Source of the DNA: Clostridiales bacterium
Lineage (GTDB): Bacteria; Bacillota; Dehalobacteriia; UBA7702
Length of the DNA stretch: 64,000 bases
Reading direction: 5' to 3'
Assembly (NCBI GenBank): GCA_040766505.1
Contig: JAXGQJ010000004.1
Coordinates: 17,549-81,548, forward strand
Part shown: positions 57,821 to 64,000 of the stretch, piece by piece
Position numbering within the stretch: the stretch's first letter is position 1
How the letters are laid out: the number at the start of each line of letters is the position of its first letter
Position numbers and translations under genes: made by a program
Notes under the pieces: generated by a model
Told to the model about the DNA's origin: nothing
Database searches by the model: none
Seen by the model: only the letters and a program-made list of their open reading frames with translations

Positions 57821-58385
57821 TTTTCTTTTTCGCCCCCTTATTCAAATCTTGGATCGAGGGCATGTCGATTTTCGCCCGCAGTTGCAGCAACCCATAGATC
57901 AACGCTTCCGGCCGCGGCGGGCAGCCGGGCACATAGACGTCGACGGGGACGACGGTATCGACCCCCGCGGCCACGCTATAGGAATCGACGAAGGGCCCGC
58001 CGCTGCATGCGCAGGAACCCATGGCGACGACATATTTCGGTTCCGGCATCTGGTCATAAATCCGGCGCAGCAAAGGCACCATCTTATGGGTTACGGTACC
58101 GGCAACGATCATCACGTCGGCATGCCGGGGAGAGGGACGAAACACCTCATAACCAAAGCGTGCCAAGTCGAAACGGGCGCCGCCGGTGGCCATCATTTCA
58201 ATGGCGCAGCAGGCAAGCCCGAATGTAACCGGCCAAAGGGAGCGACCCCGAGCAAAGTTCAGGATCTTCTCGATGGATGCCATGATGACATTTGGGGCGA
58301 CGCGACATTTTCCGATCAAGGGAGAAGTGCCGACCCCAGGGTCTTTTTTAATTCCATTCCAAAGCTCCTCTTCCAGGCATACCAA
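57813..58385 (-). CDS. nuoB: NADH-quinone oxidoreductase subunit B (N2 cluster subunit)
   Basis: ..[32 protein letters not shown]..; real start may be internal (MASIEKIL, 58283). Confidence 0.8.
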   Translation of the reverse strand: MVCLEEELWNGIKKDPGVGTSPLIGKCRVAPNVIMASIEKILNFARGRSLWPVTFGLACCAIEMMATGGARFDLARFGYEVFRPSPRHADVMIVAGTVTHKMVPLLRRIYDQMPEPKYVVAMGSCACSGGPFVDSYSVAAGVDTVVPVDVYVPGCPPRPEALIYGLLQLRAKIDMPSIQDLNKGAKKKND

Positions 58386-58702
58386 AGGCCTAAGACTAAG
58401 ATTCCGATAAAGATTACCATTTCAATAAAGGCAAACAAACCAAGGACTTGGAAACGCACCGCCCAAGGATACAGGAAAACCGTCTCCACGTCGAAGATCA
58501 CAAAGATCAAGGCATACAGAAAATAGTTCATTTTGAACTGAACCCATGTTTTCCCCTGGGTATCCAAACCGCATTCATAGGTGGTCATCTTTTCCGCGTT
58601 GGGTTTCTTTGGCGCCAAAAACCAGCCGCAGAAGATGACGATGAAGGGAAATACGATGGTCCAAAAGGCAAAGATGCCAAGACCTCCCATCTGTTGGAGC
58701 AT
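58350..58702 (-). CDS. nuoA: NADH-quinone oxidoreductase subunit A (frameshift at extreme C-terminus)
   Basis: ATG 58700..58702 ([14 protein letters not shown]..) after AGGGGGTG; embedded in read-through ORF 58316..59281. Confidence 0.7.
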
Positions 58703-58734
58703 TTTTTCACCCCCTATCGTCGTTATTAAATGTA

Positions 58735-59380
58735 TAAAATGGAAATAAGGTTTTCTTATATTAAGCGGAAGGTGGCCCGGTGCGGTGGGCAGGGGCCATA
58801 TTTTCGCACTGCTTCGCGATGAGGCAAAGTGATAGCCTTTATGCCGATCAAAACCATACGCAGGGTATCTTTGGTGATAATGGTGCATCAGTCTATCCCT
58901 ATGACATTTGGCGAGGATGCTGGCGGCCGCGATCGATGCGGAAGCAGTGTCCCCCCGATGATTGTTTTCTGTTCCAATTGACTGCCGATGGTGAAAGTAC
59001 CGTCGATGAGCAAAAAATCCGGCGCTTGGCGAAGATTGCGCACCGCCCAGCTCCATGGCGAGTTTCGTGGCTTCCAAAATATTGACGCGTTCGATCACCC
59101 GGGCGGAAACCGCACCAATAGACCAGGCCAAAGCCTTTTCTTTGATTTCCGTCTCCAAGCGGAGGCGCCGCTTTGCCGTCAGCTTCTTGGAATCGTTCAA
59201 ACCCGGAATCCAACCCCGGGGCAAAATGACGGCAGCGGCTACAACGGGACCGGCCAATGGGCCCCGGCCCTGCTCGTCCAAACCGGCAGGAGATCTCTTC
59301 CTGGCCGAAAGAGCTGCTCTTCATAGCGGTACATATCCGGTGCTGCCGACTTCGCCCCCATGGGTTCCCTCCTATCGCGG
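58735..59380 (-). pseudogene. rnhB: ribonuclease HII; frame broken
   Basis: ..GRGPLAGPVVAAAVIL..LNDSKKLT.. and ..SIAAASILAK..YPAYGF..HKGY.. within ORF 58316..59281; first ~30 codons in another frame. Confidence 0.65.
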
Positions 59381-60223
59381 CGGTTTTTCCAAGCAAATCT
59401 TCCCTAAAACGCCCGAACGGAATTCCTTCAAAAGGAGAATATAGGCGTCCCGTTCGCGGATTTTACCGCCGCCGCTTAAAAGCCCGCGCCTTTTGCCGAT
59501 TTCCGCCAATAGATCCTCGCTATGTTCCGGCAATGTCTCGATCTGGTAGCGGTTTTTAAAAACCCCCGGCTTATTCTGGCGCAGCCAATTTAACAGATAC
59601 CAACCGCTTTGCTCTTCGCCATAAGCGTCTTTGCTGATGGAACCCACCACCGCCAATTTAATGGCGGCATCCTGGTCCTCCAGCCTCGGCCAGAGCAGGC
59701 CCGGCGAATCGAGGATTTCCCAATTTTCTCCGGAACGAACCCATTGCAAAGCCCTGGTCAAGCCCGGGCGATCGCCGGTTTTTACTTTGCGCTGGCCAAT
59801 AAGGGCGTTCAAAACCGCGCTTTTGCCGCTATTGGGAATGCCGGCAACCACCAGCCGCAGCGGCCGCGGCCGCCGCCCCCTGGCCGCCATCTCTTCGTTG
59901 AGGATCTCGGCCTTTTCCGCCAGCAGCGCCTTCAAATCCCTTAACCCATTTTTTTCGATGGCGGAAACAAAAAGCGCCGTTTCGCCCCGGTTCCGATACC
60001 AATCCAGCCAAGCCTTCGCATCGGCTTTTTCCACCAGATCCGCTTTATTTAAGATCAGAACCGAAGGTTTTTTGCCCAACAGCGCGCCCAGCTCCGGATT
60101 TCTGGAAGCTATCGGCAGGCGGGCATCCGCCGTCTCGATCACGAGATCCGCAATGGCAATCTGTTCTTTCAGGCCTTTTCGCGCCTTGGCCATATGGCCG
60201 GGATACCAATTTACAACCGTCAT
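59372..60223 (-). CDS. rbgA: ribosome biogenesis GTPase A (YlqF/RbgA); terminates with UAG
   Basis: 283 aa intact; circularly permuted GTPase motifs (..ILNKADL.. before ..GIPNSGKS..); TAG 59372..59374. Confidence 0.85.
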   Translation of the reverse strand: MTVVNWYPGHMAKARKGLKEQIAIADLVIETADARLPIASRNPELGALLGKKPSVLILNKADLVEKADAKAWLDWYRNRGETALFVSAIEKNGLRDLKALLAEKAEILNEEMAARGRRPRPLRLVVAGIPNSGKSAVLNALIGQRKVKTGDRPGLTRALQWVRSGENWEILDSPGLLWPRLEDQDAAIKLAVVGSISKDAYGEEQSGWYLLNWLRQNKPGVFKNRYQIETLPEHSEDLLAEIGKRRGLLSGGGKIRERDAYILLLKEFRSGVLGKICLEKPPR

Positions 60224-60496
60224 GCTGTACTCCGTGTAACCGATCCTCCCTTATGCAAAAGGATAAAAGGCTACTAATATTATTTTATAACAGGCATTTT
60301 GCAAAACAAGGGCAAATAATTGCGAATTGTTGATTTTCAAAACGAGATGTTTCCTAATATTTATACTCAGGTTTTGACATCCCGCTGTAAGCCCCGGTGT
60401 GACAGACAAAAAAGGGACGTCTCCGTTGAGAAATCCCTTTCATTTCTGTATGTTCTTCCTTGCTTTCCGTCCCGAAAGGGCAGTGCAGACAAGAAA

Positions 60497-60837
60497 TCAG
60501 CGCAATTCCTTGATTCTGGCGGCTTTCCCGGTTCTTGCCGCAGATAATATAGCTTCGCCCGGCGAACCTTCCCTTTTTTGACGATTTCGATCTTGTCCAA
60601 ACGCGGGAATGCACGGGAAATGTCCGCTCCACACCGACATTGTAGGCAACGCGGCGCACCTTGAAGGTTTCCCGTAAGCCGCCGCCTTTTCTCGCGATGA
60701 CGACGCCTTCATAAATCTGAACCCGTTCCTTTTCCCTTCTTTGATCTTGACGTGAACCTTTACCGTATCCCTAACTCTGAACGGGGAATATCGCTTCTCA
60801 AATAGGACTGTTCCACCAAATCGACTACGCTCATTTT
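60497..60837 (-). CDS. rplS: 50S ribosomal protein L19 (frameshifted as assembled)
   Basis: minus-strand translation [72 protein letters not shown]-stop spread over two frames. Confidence 0.7.
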
Positions 60838-61008
60838 TATTCTCCTTCCTAAAGGCGTTCGTATGCGCAAAAACGCCAGAGGACCACCTCAATTCAAAAC
60901 AAAAGTATTTTAGCATACATACCAAAAAAATGCAAGCCCCCAAGCGGAAGGCGCGGGTTCTTTCATCATTTCGCTGATTTTTCACCCTGTTATAGGCCCG
61001 TTTCAGCC

Positions 61009-61480
61009 CTATTCGCCTAAAAGCCGGTCGACGATGATGGCGACGGCGCTGCGTACCGAAAGATGATTGTAAACGCCGCGGCCCTCTACCGGCTTCAGCA
61101 CATGATCCGAGGATTCCAGCACTTCTTCGGCGATACCGTGTCCGGTGCCGAAAACCAATAGACAATCGCCGTCTTCCCGCCATATTTTTCGGCGCAAATC
61201 CGCAAAGGAAATGGCATTGGGCCGCATCTTGGCGGAAGTGGCGACGATGGTGGGACGCCGCCGGCGCCGCCCGGCGACATCGGCCGCCGCTTCTTCCAGC
61301 GAATCGACGAGGACAACCCGCACAAAGCCGCCCGGCGGTCGGGATTGACGGCGCCGCCATGCCCAAAACCCAGTAATCCAACAGGGATTGCGCCAGCTCC
61401 CGCTGCTCCCTTGCCGGGCTGGACGATATAGTAGCGGGCAGATCATAGGTGGTGGCCAGGCGGGCGATGTCGTGGATATC
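61009..61480 (-). CDS. SPOUT-like putative RNA methyltransferase (conserved hypothetical); one frameshift
   Basis: ..[41 protein letters not shown].. and ORF 61009..61446 ..LVFGTGHGIAEEVLESSDHVLKPVEGRGVYNHLSVRSAVAIIVDRLLGE. Confidence 0.45.
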
Positions 61481-62282
61481 GAGGTTCGTCAACGATGTAT
61501 GGATCACCTTACCTCTCGGATCCAAAACCGGATAATGCACCAGTACCGGATACACGGCGGTGCGCGGCGGGGCCGCCGCCGCCATCGGGAGGGCAAAGCC
61601 CCGGCGGAAAACTTTTCCAACAGATCCGGCCGATTGGCCCAGGTTCTTGCAATGGCTTGTTCTTTGCGCCAGGCTTCGATCCGCCGATGGTCGCCGCTAA
61701 AGAGAACTTCGGGCACGTCAAGGCCGCGAAAACTGGCGGGCCGCGTATATTGCGGATGCTCCAGAAGCCCGGCGGAGAAGGATTCTTCGTCGAGGAGGCA
61801 CTGTCGCCCAGCACGCCGGGGAGCAAGCGCACCGTTGCGTCGACCAGCACCATTGCCGGCAATTCGCCGCCGGTGAGCACATAGTCGCCGATGGAGATTT
61901 CCTCGGCCCGGGTGAAATCCGCCACCCGCTGGTCGATGCCCTCATAATGGCCGCAGAGGATGAACAGGCGCTCTTCCCGGCTGAGGCGCAAAGCGGTTTG
62001 CTGGTTAAAGGGTTTCCCGGCGGGGCTGGGAAGCACCACCGTATCGCCGGGGCGATACCCCAGGGCTTCCAGGGCCGCCAAAATCGGTTCCGGCTTCATC
62101 ACCATGCCGGCGCCGCCGCCATAAACCAGATCGTCCACCATCCAATGGGGAGGTTTCGCATAATCGCGAATATTGGTGATTTGAAAATGGGCCAAACCCT
62201 TTTGCACCGCCCGCTTCATCATGCTTTCGCCCAGCGGCAGAAACATTTCAGGAAAGAGCGTCAGTATATCAATCCGCATCAT
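61480..62282 (-). CDS. trmD: tRNA (guanine37-N1)-methyltransferase TrmD; C-terminal ~50 codons frame-shifted
   Basis: ORF 61509..62282 N-terminal 190 aa (..[31 protein letters not shown]..); C-terminus [24 protein letters not shown] in ORF 61504..61716. Confidence 0.75.
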
Positions 62283-62775
62283 GTCGCCTCCAAAAGACCC
62301 GCCGGCACCTTAACCTCCATGCGCCCTTTGTCCAAATCCACCTTGAGGACGATGCTTTTCAGCGCCGGCAGCAGGAAACGGCGGCCATCGGGCCTTTGGA
62401 CGCCATAGACATCGTGGGCGGCGCTTTCGATGATTTCAACGATTTCTCCCAGGCAAATGCCGCTTTCATACACCTGTAGACCCAATAGTTGAAAATGATA
62501 AAAATGCCCTTCCGGCAGCGGCATCGCCGTTTCCTCGGGGATCTCCAAATAAGCGCCAACCAGCGCTTTGGCGGCGTCCGGTCCGCGATGCCGTCGAAGC
62601 GAACGAGGTAGACGTCCCCCCGTTTTTTGGCGGCTTCCAGGCGGTAGGTTCCCGTTTTGCCGCTGAGCGTCACCACCGCGCCCTTTTGAAAGCGCTGGGG
62701 AAAATCCGTCAAGGGGCGTATCTTCAGATCGCCCCCGATTCCATGCACCCCTTGTATCCAACCGATTCGAATCAT
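62279..62775 (-). CDS. rimM: 16S rRNA processing protein RimM (one frameshift ca. 62540)
   Basis: N-term MIRIGWIQGVHGIGGDLKIRPLTDFPQRF (62359..62787) and C-terminal PRC-barrel part ..GEIVEIIESAAHDVYGVQ.. (62279..62761). Confidence 0.75.
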
Positions 62776-62815
62776 TGCTTCACCCATTCATTCCCATGCC
62801 GTACAAGATAAAAAC

Positions 62816-64000
62816 GGAAAAAGGCTGTCGTTAAATACGCCGCCCGTGAACTGCCCCCCAAAAGTTGGACAAAAGCATCAGCTTGAATATGTGTGAAGTG
62901 CTCTAAAAGTACAGGTGTCAATCCATTAAGCCTTTCAGAAATCCTAATGTGATTGTAGTAATAAATATAGTCGTTGAGTTCGTTTATAAACTCTTCTACC
63001 GAGGTAAACTCCTGAAGGTAATAGAATTCAGATTTTAAGATGGCAAAGAAGCTTTGATCACGGCGTTATCGAGGCACGTGGCCTTTCTTGACATGCTTTG
63101 TGTGAAGCCTCTATTGCGTAAAAGCTTGACATATTCCTTGTGATGGTATTGCCAGCCCTGATCCGAATGGATCAATAATCCCCCAGTCATCGAAAGTGTT
63201 CAAAGCATCTTTCATCATATCTTGTACGAGCTTGAAAGAGGGTCTATTATCAATGGAATAAGCGCGGACCTCACGGTTAAAGAGGTCAAGGAGCACAGAT
63301 AAAAAGAGATCTTTTTCCCCTGGATATTGAATTCGGTGACATCGGTGACCCATTTGCGATCGGGAGCCTCTGCATGGAAATCCCGGTTTAAGATATTGGG
63401 CGCCTTTGTAGCGGCCATATGGGCCTTAAAAGCGGAATATTTCTTCTTCCGCACTTGGCAGGAGAGCACTCATTTCCTTCATAAGTTTGGCGACGGTTTT
63501 ATGGTTGATCGTCATCTCTTTTTCAATTCCAGGGTAATTCTTCTATAGCCGCAGCGTCCTTTATGTTTTTCTTGGAAGAGGAAGCGGATCCTTTCCTTTA
63601 CATCCTTGTATTTGTCATGTAGCTTCCTCTTATCTTGAATTGAGGTTTGGTAATAGTAGGTGCTGCGGGGAATGTTGGCGAAGGTGAGTAAATTGGAGAG
63701 TGAGAAGTCTTCCTTAATTCATGAACAACCTGGATTTTTAGCTTTCTTTGGTTGTCCCCTCTCCTGAATTAAGGCCTTCAATTTTTTGTAAATAGGCATT
63801 CTCCATGCGCAAATACTCATTTTTCACGCAAGTAGATCCTTATGATCTTTTTACTGGAGGTTTGGGCTTCCGCGGCTTTTTAGCTGCCTTTTCCTGAGGG
63901 GTAAGATAAAAGACGGCAGCGCCTTCGCGCTTATAGAGATTATACCATTGCTGAACAACGGAATGTTTTGATATGCCATATTTCTTTGCCGCATTTCGCA
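62816..64000 (-). mobile_element. IS3-family insertion sequence (orfA plus orfB, degenerate/frameshifted), continues past window end
   Basis: minus-strand translations: orfA ..AAKKYGISKHSVVQQWYNLYKREG.. and ENEYLRMENAYLQKI; orfB ..KWVTDVTEFNIQGKK.., DLFNREV.AYSI, ..SMSRK..CLDNAVI..SEFYYLQEFTSVEEFINELNDYIYYYNHIRI; internal stop and frame changes. Confidence 0.7.

Noticed and set aside
60497-61585. 362-aa ORF annotated as one protein
   Set aside because: Chimeric read-through across the SPOUT-like gene, the intergenic region and an off-frame rplS. Real genes recovered by multi-frame translation.

Overview
This 64-kb window is about 60% GC and reads like a Firmicutes (Clostridia-type) chromosome. 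The evidence is the conserved housekeeping synteny on the minus strand: proS-ispG-rseP-dxr-cdsA-uppS-frr-pyrH-tsf-rpsB, then hslU-hslV-xerC-trmFO-topA-dprA, and rimM-trmD-rplS-rbgA-rnhB. Inside this backbone is an accessory set of methylamine and quaternary-amine methyltransferase genes. Three of them carry a single in-frame TAG at the conserved pyrrolysine position: two divergent trimethylamine methyltransferase (mttB) paralogs, with TAG at 3101..3103 and 31214..31216, and one dimethylamine methyltransferase (mtbB), with TAG at 41650..41652. There are also two pyrrolysine-free MttB-superfamily paralogs (4097..5515 and 37640..39060), one cognate corrinoid protein (40621..41271), a BCCT transporter, two tandem APC permeases, a PucR-type regulator, and a PAS/sigma-54 activator. 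The activator has a matching -24/-12 promoter (5561..5577) in front of the mttB operon. A class-III aminotransferase, a CoA-acylating semialdehyde dehydrogenase (mmsA) and gdhA lie among these genes, which suggests a complete route from methylated amines to ammonia plus acyl-CoA. No pyl biosynthesis or tRNA-Pyl genes are in the window, so the organism must encode them elsewhere. Other content: an 11-subunit complex I operon (nuoA-D, H-N, no nuoEFG); a fused DUF1538 membrane protein followed by two P-II-like genes, behind a 567-nt structured leader; a degenerate MarR+SMR pair; a small ferredoxin; a possible 36-aa membrane peptide; and an IS3-family element abutting rimM at the window end. TAG is still used as a real stop by hslV, pucR and rbgA, each with a nearby in-frame backup stop. 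Important caveat: a large share of the genes are interrupted by single-base frameshifts, several demonstrably in homopolymer runs. This looks like assembly indel error rather than gene decay, so frame breaks are reported but not over-interpreted.
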